Assembly (NCBI RefSeq): GCF_040220315.1
Contig: NZ_JAVJUY010000051.1
Location: 1,580 to 65,579 of the forward strand
Length of the DNA: 64,000 bases
Reading direction: 5' to 3'
Source: Fulvivirga sp.
GTDB taxonomy: Bacteria > Bacteroidota > Bacteroidia > Cytophagales > Cyclobacteriaceae
Part shown: positions 11,131 through 21,387 of the stretch, in pieces
Position numbering within the stretch: the first letter of the stretch is position 1
Layout: the number at the start of each line of letters is the position of its first letter
The notes under the pieces: model-generated
The model's database searches: none
The model's input: only the letters and a program-made list of their open reading frames with translations
What the model was told of the DNA's origin: nothing
Program-made: the position numbers and the translations under genes

Positions 11131-12489
11131 TTAACTTCCGATAATTAATTTTTGCCCTGCTTTGATAGTATTACTACTAAGCTCATTTAAGGATTTTAGT
11201 CGTTCAATGCTCAATCCATTGAATTTTCTTGAAATATCCCATAGTGTATCCCCAGGCTGTACTATATAGGTTTTTGTTCCATCTGGTAGTTTATCAAACG
11301 CAGGTTCAGTACGCCTCGCCACATAGCCAGGTTTTTGCCAGATAGTTAAATTTTGTCCAACACGAATGAGGTTTCCGTGAATATTGTTCCACGTTCTTAG
11401 ATCTGAAACCCGCACATTATATCTTTCAGCGATTCTTCCCAAAACATCGCCACTACGGACTTTATAAACGATCTTGTCCCTTCCATATGTGCTTCCTGGA
11501 GTATTTCGTGACAGATATTCTATTTGACTTTTACCTACTTTAGATGCGCTATCGAGTATATCTTTTCTCATTAAATAAAACCTCTCCTTTTCATGAGCAG
11601 GAATATTAATAGCGTATAATTTTGTCCCCTCAGGAACTACTCCTCTTCGTAGGCTCGGGTTTAGGTCTATCATCTCATTTTCGCAAAGGTTTAGCTGAGC
11701 GGCAATCGTTGTGAGGTGTGCATAACCACTTACCATGATCGTATCTGTCTCCTGATAGTATTCAAGATCATCTACAGTAAAATTATGTTCTTCGGTATAA
11801 TTAAGTGTATAGATCATGGCAGTAAACTGAGGCAGGTAGCTTCGTGTTTCTCGTAATAAATGAGGGTATATTTCCCAAAATGTACGTTTATAGCCTGATC
11901 TACGAATAGCTTTCCTGATATTCCCCGGGCCACTGTTATAGGCGGCAATGGCCAACTCCCAATCTCCAAACATACCATATAACTGCTTGAGATACTGACA
12001 AGCAGCTTCTGTAGATTTTTCAGGATCCATTCGTTCATCAATGTACCAATCATTGTGCAAGCCAAAATATCTGCCTGTTGCTGACATGAATTGCCATAAG
12101 CCAACCGCACTTGCTACTGAAGTAGCTTCTGGGTTCAACCCTGATTCTATTATTGATAAATATTTTAATTCATCGGGCAAACCATACTTTGCCAGGTATT
12201 TTTCAAATAGAGGAAAATAGACATCTTTTTTTTTGATGATGCCTCTAGTGTAATTTCTGTCTTTAACGGTAAAGTAGTTGACAAATGCGTGAACTCTTGT
12301 ATTATATTCTAGTGGGATGGTTTTTTCAATGCATTTAAGCCTGTCTTTAATCAGGTCATAATCCGCTTCACCCGGAATAAACTCATACAAATAAGTATCA
12401 TTTGGCTCGTTTGTATTACTATTCTGAGCAGTAGTAAAAACTGAACAAAAAACCAGTATAAAGCAAAAAATCGTGGCTTTGATAAACAT
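11131..12489 (-). CDS. mltD: MltD-like lytic transglycosylase with two LysM domains
   Basis: SLT motifs IIESGL, AVGLWQFM, AAYNSG; C-terminal LysM repeats YKVRSGDVLGRIA and YIVQPGDTLWDIS. Confidence 0.92.
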   Translation of the reverse strand: MFIKATIFCFILVFCSVFTTAQNSNTNEPNDTYLYEFIPGEADYDLIKDRLKCIEKTIPLEYNTRVHAFVNYFTVKDRNYTRGIIKKKDVYFPLFEKYLAKYGLPDELKYLSIIESGLNPEATSVASAVGLWQFMSATGRYFGLHNDWYIDERMDPEKSTEAACQYLKQLYGMFGDWELAIAAYNSGPGNIRKAIRRSGYKRTFWEIYPHLLRETRSYLPQFTAMIYTLNYTEEHNFTVDDLEYYQETDTIMVSGYAHLTTIAAQLNLCENEMIDLNPSLRRGVVPEGTKLYAINIPAHEKERFYLMRKDILDSASKVGKSQIEYLSRNTPGSTYGRDKIVYKVRSGDVLGRIAERYNVRVSDLRTWNNIHGNLIRVGQNLTIWQKPGYVARRTEPAFDKLPDGTKTYIVQPGDTLWDISRKFNGLSIERLKSLNELSSNTIKAGQKLIIGS

Positions 12490-12492
12490 ATA

Positions 12493-13920
12493 TTACCCTA
12501 AAGTCATCAAATAATTTGAGAATGACAATAATTTTACTTCTTCAAAATCATCAGCAATTACTTGAATACCAACGGGTAAACCCAAATTATCGTGTCCTGA
12601 AGGAACTGAAATTGCTGGCAAACCTGCTAATGATGCCTGCACGGTATATAAATCTGCCAGGTACATTGCCAGCGGGTCAGCATCGTGTTCACCGATTTTG
12701 AATGCAGTTGTTGGAGTTGTAGGCATAAGAATGAAATCATAAGCCGCAAGCAGCTCTTTTGTAGCGTCTCTAATTAATCGCCTTACTTTTTGTGCCTTGT
12801 TATAATACGCATCGTAATAACTTGCACTAAGCACAAATGTACCAAGCATAATCCGTCTTTTAACTTCAACACCTAAGCCCTCTGAACGAGTGTTTTTATA
12901 CATAGCTTCCAAAGAGGTTGTATTTTTGGATCTGTATCCGTATCGAACCCCATCGAAACGGGATAAGTTGGAGCTTGCCTCTGCCGTTGTAAGTATATAA
13001 TAAGTCGGAAGCATGTAGTCTAACAATGGAAAATCAACGGCCTCAACGGTATGACCGTCTGATTTTAGTTTACTTATCAAGGTGTTAAAATTCTGTTTAA
13101 TGTCATTATTTAAACCTTGTGCATTTAACGTTTCTTTGATATATGCTATTTTTCTTTTTTTCGGATGAGTACCTATTTCGTGTGAATAATTAGGAACATC
13201 GGTAGTTGATACGGTGCTATCATATTCATCCTTGCCTGAAATTACTTCAAGGGTTATTGCTACATCTGAAATATTTTTGGCAAATATTCCGATACAATCA
13301 AATGAAGAGGCATACGCTATTAAGCCATGTCTTGATATGCGTGAATAAGTGGGTTTCATACCAACTATTCCACAAAAGGCGGCTGGCTGGCGCACTGAAC
13401 CACCAGTATCAGAGCCGAGCGACACCAAACACATGCCTGCTTGTACTGCTACCGCGGAGCCACCTGATGACCCACCTGGTACGCGTGTAGTATCGGCAGC
13501 ATTGAGTACCTTACCAAAAGCAGAATTTTCATTGGAAGAGCCCATTGCAAATTCATCACAATTATTTCTTCCAATGATAATGGCATCTTCATCTAAAAGT
13601 TTTTGAATGGCTGTTCCATTGAATTGAGCCTCAAAGCCTTCAAGAATTGAACTAGCGGCACTTAGTTTATGATCTTTATGACAGATCACATCTTTTATTG
13701 TTACTACCATGCCAGCCAATCTGCCTGCATTACCTTGAGTCAATTTTCGATCAATTAATTGCGCTTTGGCGATTGCTTCATCTGCATAGGTTTCTATCAA
13801 AGCATTTAAATGCTTTGTGGATTCTATTTTTTCTAGGTAATGGTTGACAAGCTCAGAACATGAAGTTAAGCCATTTTTTAAATCTTCTCGGATAAGATTT
13901 AAAGAAGAGTATTCCTTCAA
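12493..13920 (-). CDS. gatA: Asp-tRNA(Asn)/Glu-tRNA(Gln) amidotransferase subunit A
   Basis: Amidase signature GGSSGGS and GSDTGGSVRQPA, plus GatA-type DEFAMGSS and RRIMLGTFVLS. Confidence 0.93.
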   Translation of the reverse strand: MKEYSSLNLIREDLKNGLTSCSELVNHYLEKIESTKHLNALIETYADEAIAKAQLIDRKLTQGNAGRLAGMVVTIKDVICHKDHKLSAASSILEGFEAQFNGTAIQKLLDEDAIIIGRNNCDEFAMGSSNENSAFGKVLNAADTTRVPGGSSGGSAVAVQAGMCLVSLGSDTGGSVRQPAAFCGIVGMKPTYSRISRHGLIAYASSFDCIGIFAKNISDVAITLEVISGKDEYDSTVSTTDVPNYSHEIGTHPKKRKIAYIKETLNAQGLNNDIKQNFNTLISKLKSDGHTVEAVDFPLLDYMLPTYYILTTAEASSNLSRFDGVRYGYRSKNTTSLEAMYKNTRSEGLGVEVKRRIMLGTFVLSASYYDAYYNKAQKVRRLIRDATKELLAAYDFILMPTTPTTAFKIGEHDADPLAMYLADLYTVQASLAGLPAISVPSGHDNLGLPVGIQVIADDFEEVKLLSFSNYLMTLG

Positions 13921-13921
13921 T

Positions 13922-14128
13922 TTAGCTCTTTTTTTCTTCTTCTACTTTGCTGGAATCTTCGATATCTTTTTTAATTTCTTTGGTAGCATCTTTGAATTCT
14001 CTGATACCTTTACCTAAACCACGAGCTAATTCAGGTATTTTCTTAGCTCCAAAAAATATCAATACCACCAAAATGATGATAATCCACTCCCAACCACCAG
14101 GCATTCCAATCAAAAATATGCTGTTCAT
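13922..14128 (-). CDS. tatA: Twin-arginine translocase TatA/TatE subunit
   Basis: GGWEWIIIILVVLIFFGAKKIPELARGLGKGIREFK. Confidence 0.96.
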   Translation of the reverse strand: MNSIFLIGMPGGWEWIIIILVVLIFFGAKKIPELARGLGKGIREFKDATKEIKKDIEDSSKVEEEKKS

Positions 14129-14215
14129 AACTGTGTTTTTATTAAGATACTGTAAAGATAGGTATTAATTATGAACGTGTGAAAGCACTAATTGACAAAC
14201 GGTTTAATATTTAAA

Positions 14216-15406
14216 TTATTTTCTAACCAGCCACTGCTGCGGGTCCAAAGCGGCCGCACTTTTTCTGACCTCAAATTTAAGTTCCGATACCCCATCTTTA
14301 TTGGTAAGAATTGAGCCTAATTCCTCACCAATATTAACAACCTGGCCAGTTTTTACGAACACATCCTTTAAACCGGCATAAACTGTAAAATAATCACCAT
14401 GGCTTATAAGAACCGTGTTGCCAACCAGTGGAACAAAAGCCACTGTTCTCACTTCTCCCCCAAAAATAGCCTTCACTTTTTCGTTTTGCTTGGTTTGTAT
14501 ATTAATGCCTGTATTGTTCATAACTATGCCTTTTAATACAGGATGGTTTTGTTTCCCAAACTTTTGAGATACAAATCCGGATACCGGCCAGGGGAGTTTA
14601 GTTTTATTCTCAGCAAACTCATTAGAAAGTTTGTTACTTGCATCAATAGCGGAACGTTCAGCTAAACGGGCTTTCTCAATTTCGGCTTTAATAATGTCGT
14701 TAATGAGTTTGTCTAGCTTGGCCACTGCGTCTTTTCGCTGTTCCAGGTCTTTTTTGATTTGGTTCTCTTGTTTTTGAAGATTAGTGACCAAGTTATTTTG
14801 ATTCAGTTTTAACCGTTCTAAGCTTTTATTTTCCTGCATATTTTCAGCTAACAGTATATTTTTTTCGGAAACCTTGCTTTGAATAACTGTCACCTGATCT
14901 GATAAAATATTTTGGACTTTAGTAATCTGTTCTGCCTGTTTAATTCTGGCTTCGCTGTACTGGTCCATATATTTAAGCCTTCTTAAAAATTGATTGAACG
15001 ATTTAGCTGTAAATAAAAAAGTGAGTTTATTTACGCCTTTATTCGCTTTGTAAGCGGAATATACCATGGCAGCATATTCTTTCTTTAGGTTTTTAAGATC
15101 ATCAGCTAAGGCGTCTATAATTTCATTTGTTTCTTCAATTTCATCGTTTAGAAGATACATTTCATTTTTGATAGAGCTAATTAAATCTTCCTGTGTCTTA
15201 ATTCGTTGGTTTAATGCGTTGAGCTGACCCACAGTATTTTGTTTTTTTCCGCGCGTTTCATTCAGAATCTTCTCAGCCTCGGCTATTTTGGCGAGATTTT
15301 CTTGTTTTTCCTTCTGTAATTGAGCTTTTGATTTTTGGGCAAGTAGGGTTCCTGCAGAGATGCAAACCAGGCAAACAACAAGACTTGCGAACTTACTTGC
15401 GCTCAT
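14216..15406 (-). CDS. envC: EnvC-like murein hydrolase activator (coiled coil plus degenerate M23)
   Basis: Signal peptide, long coiled coil, LPWPV and M23-like C-terminus lacking the Zn-ligand motifs. Confidence 0.85.
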   Translation of the reverse strand: MSASKFASLVVCLVCISAGTLLAQKSKAQLQKEKQENLAKIAEAEKILNETRGKKQNTVGQLNALNQRIKTQEDLISSIKNEMYLLNDEIEETNEIIDALADDLKNLKKEYAAMVYSAYKANKGVNKLTFLFTAKSFNQFLRRLKYMDQYSEARIKQAEQITKVQNILSDQVTVIQSKVSEKNILLAENMQENKSLERLKLNQNNLVTNLQKQENQIKKDLEQRKDAVAKLDKLINDIIKAEIEKARLAERSAIDASNKLSNEFAENKTKLPWPVSGFVSQKFGKQNHPVLKGIVMNNTGINIQTKQNEKVKAIFGGEVRTVAFVPLVGNTVLISHGDYFTVYAGLKDVFVKTGQVVNIGEELGSILTNKDGVSELKFEVRKSAAALDPQQWLVRK

Positions 15407-16154
15407 ATTTTTTAGGTATGCTGAAAGGGAATTTTAAGGGCTTTTGTTCTATTTCAGCTTTGTTGTATTCAAACTCAATCACTGTATTTAGTGTGCCTGT
15501 ATTGGCTTTGTAAAATAAAGAAATAATGGCTGAATAAGGAAATGCATGTTCTTCCACCAATTGAAAGTCATAGTACCTAATAACAGCAGTGTTTTTAGAA
15601 CTAGGTTCCAACATTTCTACGCGTTCAATTTTCATGGTTTCGGCACTTACAAAGTTGGTCATTTCAACTTTGCCTGATTTTTGTCTTAGTTGGTAAAAAT
15701 CATCTATACGTTCCGAATGGTCACCTTTCTCATAAGGTTTGATGAGGTTGCCTAACGCTACAGATTGAATAGCATCATAATTAACATCAAAATTGAATTG
15801 TTTACTTAATGAGTCGTAATTAAAAACATAGTACTCTTTTTTCACGAGATTTAAAATGGTGATCGAATCCTGACTTATCATACAACGAGCACCTTGAATA
15901 CCTACTGCAGAGAATGCAATCCAGATAGCACTATCTTTTTTGATTCGTACATTCGCCCTCGCTTTAATATCTAAATCTTCATCTTTGTAATTGATTTTAG
16001 CCTTACCAGAAAAGTATTCAAAGTCAATTTCACGGACGTCCAATTTATTTTTGTCCAACAAATTCCAGGTAACACCTTGAAATTTGTTACTACATCCAGT
16101 TCCTAAAATTACAGCGATTAACAAGCAGGGTAGTACTGCTATTTTATTTTTCAT
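15393..16154 (-). CDS. DUF4292-family lipoprotein
   Basis: Start moved to ATG 16154 (MKNKIAV...LGTGC lipobox); RIKKDSAIWI motif; conserved position between TPR gene and envC. Confidence 0.82.
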   Translation of the reverse strand: MKNKIAVLPCLLIAVILGTGCSNKFQGVTWNLLDKNKLDVREIDFEYFSGKAKINYKDEDLDIKARANVRIKKDSAIWIAFSAVGIQGARCMISQDSITILNLVKKEYYVFNYDSLSKQFNFDVNYDAIQSVALGNLIKPYEKGDHSERIDDFYQLRQKSGKVEMTNFVSAETMKIERVEMLEPSSKNTAVIRYYDFQLVEEHAFPYSAIISLFYKANTGTLNTVIEFEYNKAEIEQKPLKFPFSIPKKYERK

Positions 16155-17862
16155 AGAGCTTTCTATCGGCAATTTTTTTATCAATGAATTCTGCATTTGG
16201 ATCCATTCCTTTAGCAATTTTCCATTGTTCTACAGCTTCATTTATTTTGCCTAATTTATATAAAATATCCCCGTAATGTTCATAATGTATGGCCTCAACT
16301 CCACCAATTTCAATCGCCTTTTCCATTACCTTTTTTGCTTCTTTATATTTTCCTTTGGTATATAAAACCCAGGCGTACGTATCCAGGTAAGTAACATTAG
16401 TGGGGTTTCTCTCAATAACCAATCTTGACATTTGCTCGGCTTTATCTAAATCTTGATTTCTTATAGCCAGGAAATAACTATAGTTGTTAAGTACGAGATC
16501 ATTATTTGGATCAAAATCTAACGCTGCTTCATATGCGTCATCCGATTTCTCATATTCTTGGATATTGTTATAGGCATCACCCAGCAAGGCATTAAATCCA
16601 CTAAGCAGGCTTAAGTTGCTTGATGATAGCCGTTTTCCTTGCTCCAAAGAAAAAACAGCATCTTCATGATTACCTTGCTGTAGGTTGGCAGCCCCATTAA
16701 AATAATACAAAATTCCTTGGTTGGGAAACAGCTCAAGGGCAAGGTCAGAGTGATAAATAACACTATCTATCTCGTTTAATTCAAAATGCAATTGAATAAT
16801 ATTTTGCCATACAGCAATTTTGGACGGGTCTAATTTAGTTGAGGCAACATATTGGTTTTTAGCACTCTCTGTTTCTCCAATTTGCTGAAGCAAGTCTGCG
16901 TATATAATATGGGCGTCAGCCACATCCGGGTGAGTTTCAACAACTAGTTTGCCTAACGGTAAGGCCAATTGTTTTAATTCGTTTTCAGTCAAGCTTGACC
17001 TGTATTGTGCCAACAGTTGAATTTTATTGTCGGCATTAAAGTTAGGGTTGCTAAAAGCTTTCCTTAATTCCTCCAATGCACTATCAACCTGACCAGCTCT
17101 TCTTTGCAACTCAGCCAATATCAATCGAGATTGGTTATTGCCACCAGGGTGGTTTTTTAAAAAATTTTCTAGTAATGACTTTGCCTCGCTTTCTCGATTA
17201 TTTGACATTAAAATTTCTGCCTGTTTAATCGCAAACCTTTCTTCATCAGGATAGGCCTCCATTAATTTTCTGCCTTCTTGAAGTGCAAGCTCTAACTGAT
17301 TTGTCTGGAAGTAAATTTTCTGTTTTTGAAAAATTATTTCTTCTGAGATTCCATATGAATATTCTACCTTGTTGTATGTGGCAATAGCATCGTCATATCG
17401 TTGTTGGTAAAGGTATAGTGCTGCTAATTCAAATAGGTAGATCTCAGTATTATCTACCCGTTCAATCAACTCTTCATAAGTGTCAGCGGCTTTAGGGAAG
17501 TTGCCTAATTGAGTATATATATCAGCTACCAGAATGTAAAAATACTTGTTGCTATCATTCAACTCCAGTGCGCGCAATGCATTTTCAAGCGCCTTTTGTA
17601 ATTCATTTCCTTTGGCATAAATCTGCCCGATTTTATAATAAACGGTTGCGTTTTCATCATTAATATCCAATGACTTTTGGAAAAGAACCAAAGCCTTGGA
17701 ATAGTCTTCAAGAATATAATATTTCTCACCTTCAGTGAAGTAAAATTCAGCCTCTCGAAGTTTTGTTTCCCAATTCTTTCCTTTCTTTTGCCCTATAACC
17801 TGGATACTACTTAATAGAAGAAAAGTGGCTATACAAAAGTGATATAATAACTGTTTTGCCAT
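16144..17862 (-). CDS. Exported tetratricopeptide-repeat protein
   Basis: Signal peptide, many TPR helices, C-terminal LNNYSYFLA / YLDTYAWVLY / EHYGDILY motifs. Confidence 0.9.
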   Translation of the reverse strand: MAKQLLYHFCIATFLLLSSIQVIGQKKGKNWETKLREAEFYFTEGEKYYILEDYSKALVLFQKSLDINDENATVYYKIGQIYAKGNELQKALENALRALELNDSNKYFYILVADIYTQLGNFPKAADTYEELIERVDNTEIYLFELAALYLYQQRYDDAIATYNKVEYSYGISEEIIFQKQKIYFQTNQLELALQEGRKLMEAYPDEERFAIKQAEILMSNNRESEAKSLLENFLKNHPGGNNQSRLILAELQRRAGQVDSALEELRKAFSNPNFNADNKIQLLAQYRSSLTENELKQLALPLGKLVVETHPDVADAHIIYADLLQQIGETESAKNQYVASTKLDPSKIAVWQNIIQLHFELNEIDSVIYHSDLALELFPNQGILYYFNGAANLQQGNHEDAVFSLEQGKRLSSSNLSLLSGFNALLGDAYNNIQEYEKSDDAYEAALDFDPNNDLVLNNYSYFLAIRNQDLDKAEQMSRLVIERNPTNVTYLDTYAWVLYTKGKYKEAKKVMEKAIEIGGVEAIHYEHYGDILYKLGKINEAVEQWKIAKGMDPNAEFIDKKIADRKLYEK

Positions 17863-17870
17863 TAAATGAT

Positions 17871-18872
17871 TTAAGAAATAGTGTTGTAGTCGCCAACACT
17901 TAGATCGTCCGATTTACCTTCAAGGGTAACGTGATTACCCAACATTGAGTTTTTTAAATTCGAATTATTTATGGTTGTATAGGTTTGAATAATACTATTC
18001 TGAACAATCGAATTCTTGATAGATGATTTATTTCCTAAAGAAACGTGCGGGCCAACAATCGAATTTTCGACAACGGCCTTTTCTCCAATATAAACTGGTG
18101 GTATAATTACTGAATTTTTTATAGAGGCTGATTTTGCAATTAAATCTTTATCTTTTATAAATTCCAAATATCTCTTATTTGTATATACTGTTGCATTTTT
18201 ATTGCCACAATCAAGCCATTCGCTCACTTGCCCTGGCACAAAGTTTGAACCTTTGTTTTTCATATTTTCTAGGGCGTTGGTGAGTTGATATTCACCCTTC
18301 TCACTAATTTCATTATCAATTAAATATTGAAGTTCGGATCTTAAAAACGCTCCATTTTTAAAATAATAGATTCCGATAATTGCCAGGTCTGAAACGAAAT
18401 CTGTCGGTTTTTCAACAAATCCGGTAATGATGCCTTCGTCTGTTTGAACTACACCAAAAGCTGAGGGGTCATCCACTTGCTGAACCCAAATGATTCCATC
18501 TTTGCTTGAATCAAGCTTAAAATCAGCCTTAAATAATGTATCAGCAAATGCAACAATTACATTGCCTTCAAGTAAATCCTGAGCGCAAAGAATGGCATGT
18601 GCTGTTCCCAGTTTTTCATCCTGATAAAATATATGACCTTCTGCACCTACTGATTTTGCAATAGATTTTAAATCAGCTTCTACTTCTTTTCCAAAGTCGC
18701 GGCCAATGACAAATCCAATACGTTGAATAGTTTCTGAACAAACCTCTACTATATCTTCAACCAAACGATGCACAATTGACTTGCCTGCAATAGGAATTAA
18801 AGGTTTTGGAGTTGTTAAGGTATGTGGTCTAAGCCGAGTACCCCGACCGGCCATAGGTATGATTATATTCAT
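17871..18872 (-). CDS. Sugar-phosphate nucleotidyltransferase with C-terminal hexapeptide repeats
   Basis: IIPMAGRGTRLRPHTLTTPKPL, FVEKP, WLDCG; left-handed beta-helix repeats at C-terminus. Confidence 0.9.
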   Translation of the reverse strand: MNIIIPMAGRGTRLRPHTLTTPKPLIPIAGKSIVHRLVEDIVEVCSETIQRIGFVIGRDFGKEVEADLKSIAKSVGAEGHIFYQDEKLGTAHAILCAQDLLEGNVIVAFADTLFKADFKLDSSKDGIIWVQQVDDPSAFGVVQTDEGIITGFVEKPTDFVSDLAIIGIYYFKNGAFLRSELQYLIDNEISEKGEYQLTNALENMKNKGSNFVPGQVSEWLDCGNKNATVYTNKRYLEFIKDKDLIAKSASIKNSVIIPPVYIGEKAVVENSIVGPHVSLGNKSSIKNSIVQNSIIQTYTTINNSNLKNSMLGNHVTLEGKSDDLSVGDYNTIS

Positions 18873-18900
18873 TGCAGAATTTATTTCAGTTATCGAGCCT

Positions 18901-18908
18901 CAAAACTA
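18901..18908 (-). promoter_or_regulatory. Bacteroidota -7 promoter element upstream of the nucleotidyltransferase
   Basis: Reverse complement TAGTTTTG matches TAnnTTTG, about 30 bp before the start. Confidence 0.6.
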
Positions 18909-18915
18909 AGAAAAT

Positions 18916-20364
18916 TTAGACCTTTCGTGCTGACAATTGTTTTTTTTCAATTACCCAAAGAGCAACGGTAACAATAGCTGAGATAATGAGGTTGATGATA
19001 GTATCTACTGTAAAATTCGGATGCCGGAATAATTGTCCTAAATAAACCAACAATACGGCTGAAATGACATAAGGAAGAAGTTTGACAAATTTATACGGAA
19101 TAGGAAAGTGCTTTTGTCCAATAATAAAGCATACAATGCACATGGCGCTGTAGCAGCAAATTATACTTATAGCACAGCCTAAAAGACCTATTTTGGGCAA
19201 TAAAAGTATATTTCCTAAAAGAGTTACGATTAGTCCGACTATGCTAAAATACAAACCATATTTTGTTTTATCAGTAATCTTAAACCATATACTTAGGTTC
19301 AAATAAACTCCGTATATAAGTTTTCCAAAAAGAATTAATGGAACAAGGTAGAGCGCCACACGATACTCAGGTTGTCTTAAAAAGATTGAGGCAATGAAAT
19401 CTACATTTAAGCTTACGACCACAAATAACAAGAGGCCAAAAAGCACAAAATAGTGCATAACACGAGCGAAAAGCTCAGGGGCTTTTTTATCGTCTGCCTG
19501 TGAAAAAAAGAAAGGCTCACCAGCATAACGGAATGCTTGAACGGCAAGCATCATTAGCACGCCTAATTTAAAGGTTTGACTATAGACACCTGTGGCGGCA
19601 GTGCTATCCATAGTTGTGTAATATGAATCTGGAAGAAAATGCTCGATAAGAATTTTGTCAAGTTGTTCATTCATCATACCAGCTAAACCCATTAAAAAAA
19701 TAGGTGTAGAGTAGGTCAGAATGGTGCGCATCACATGTTTGTCCCAGTTAAACCTGATTTTTAAAACTTCTTTATAAAGCATTAAAATCATTAAGGCATT
19801 AGCTACAAGGTTAGCCAGAAAAATGGATCCAATAGAAATTTCGAAGGTAGGATCAATGGCAGGAATAACTAGTAAAAATGCAAATTGAAGCCCTATATTA
19901 ATGAGTATATTGGCAATTTTAACAGATGCAAATTTTTTAGCCTTATTCTCAAATCTCAATCTGCCAAAAGGTATGGCCAGTATACTATCAATCCATAGTA
20001 TGATGGCCAACCATTCGATGTATTCTGCTGCTGAAGGGTATCCGATAAGAGGAGCAAGAAATCCTGAGTTAAAATAAATGAGCGATGATAGTAAAGTACT
20101 TACTACAATTACAACGGTACATGTTGAGGCATAGGCATTTTCTAGGTTATCTTTTGCATACCTGAAAAATGTTGTCTCCATTCCAAAAGTATAGATCACT
20201 AAAAAAATGGCCGTATAGGCAAAAAGACTAGCAACAATACCCAATTGCTCAGGAAGAAAAATAGCAGTGTGAAGTCCTACAAGTAGATAGTTAATGATTC
20301 TGCCCAGAATGCTACTAACACCGTAAATGGCTGTTTGTCCAGCTAGACTTCTAAGTTGGCCCAT
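18916..20364 (-). CDS. Oligosaccharide flippase (Wzx/MOP family)
   Basis: About 12-14 hydrophobic segments; LAGQTAIYGVSSILGR and GMETTFFR motifs. Confidence 0.88.
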   Translation of the reverse strand: MGQLRSLAGQTAIYGVSSILGRIINYLLVGLHTAIFLPEQLGIVASLFAYTAIFLVIYTFGMETTFFRYAKDNLENAYASTCTVVIVVSTLLSSLIYFNSGFLAPLIGYPSAAEYIEWLAIILWIDSILAIPFGRLRFENKAKKFASVKIANILINIGLQFAFLLVIPAIDPTFEISIGSIFLANLVANALMILMLYKEVLKIRFNWDKHVMRTILTYSTPIFLMGLAGMMNEQLDKILIEHFLPDSYYTTMDSTAATGVYSQTFKLGVLMMLAVQAFRYAGEPFFFSQADDKKAPELFARVMHYFVLFGLLLFVVVSLNVDFIASIFLRQPEYRVALYLVPLILFGKLIYGVYLNLSIWFKITDKTKYGLYFSIVGLIVTLLGNILLLPKIGLLGCAISIICCYSAMCIVCFIIGQKHFPIPYKFVKLLPYVISAVLLVYLGQLFRHPNFTVDTIINLIISAIVTVALWVIEKKQLSARKV

Positions 20365-20379
20365 TATTGAGTTGTAGAA

Positions 20380-21162
20380 TTATTCACCTTTAAATTCAGG
20401 CTTTCTTTTTTCATGAAAAGCACTGGTGCCTTCGGCAAAATCCTCAGTTTTTGTACAATGTGAAAAGGCGTTGGCTTCGGTTTGAAAGCCATCTTCATCC
20501 GAGAAAACAGCATTGATACAGTCAATTACCATACCTACAGCCAATGGAGCTTTTGAAAGGATTTTTGAAAGGATTTTATTACATAATTCCAGAAGCTCTT
20601 CGTTGGATTGTACTACATGATTTACCAATCCTAAAGATTTGGCTTCTTCGGCAGAAATCATGTCTCCCGTCATCATTAGCTCAAAAGCTTTCCCCTTGCC
20701 AATTAGTTGCGTTAGCCTTTGTGTGCCCCCATAACCAGGTATAATACCAAGATTAACTTCAGGTTGACCGAATTTTGCATTATTGGTTGCAATTCTCATG
20801 TGGCATGCCATTGCCAATTCGCAACCACCACCTAGAGCAAAACCGTTTACGGCTGCAATAACCGGTTTAGGACAGTTTTCATAAAGTGCGAATACCTCCT
20901 GTCCATTTTCAGCAAAATTACGTGCATTCATCTCATCTAAATCTGCTATTTCAGTAATGTCTGCTCCAGCAACAAATGCTTTTTCACCCGCACCTGTAAG
21001 AATTAATGCCTTTACCTCTTCATTATCATACACTTCAGTTATTAAAGTTTTTAAGTCATCAATTGTTGCGATATTCAAAGCATTTAGACTTGTAGGTCTA
21101 TTAATAGTTGCAAGTAAAATGCCTTCATTAAATTCGGTAATTATGTTTTGATATGTTGCCAT
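20380..21162 (-). CDS. Enoyl-CoA hydratase/isomerase (crotonase family)
   Basis: FVAGADI, AVNGFALGGGCELAMACH, FGQPEVNLGIIPGYGGTQRL. Confidence 0.95.
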   Translation of the reverse strand: MATYQNIITEFNEGILLATINRPTSLNALNIATIDDLKTLITEVYDNEEVKALILTGAGEKAFVAGADITEIADLDEMNARNFAENGQEVFALYENCPKPVIAAVNGFALGGGCELAMACHMRIATNNAKFGQPEVNLGIIPGYGGTQRLTQLIGKGKAFELMMTGDMISAEEAKSLGLVNHVVQSNEELLELCNKILSKILSKAPLAVGMVIDCINAVFSDEDGFQTEANAFSHCTKTEDFAEGTSAFHEKRKPEFKGE

Positions 21163-21387
21163 GATTCAATTTTGATATTCGATTTAAAGTTACTTTTCGA
21201 AATAGTATTTGCAAACACTTAATCAAAATAAGGCACCAATTCCCAAATCGGGATTAATTAAATGGTAAATGTAGCTTTAAGCCCATAAACTAAGGTCTTT
21301 TTACTGTGGTACATTAATTGTTTCTTTGCTGATTATTGGATGAATTATTCGAGTTACTTTAAAGTAATTCAAAGTATTTAGTTAGAT

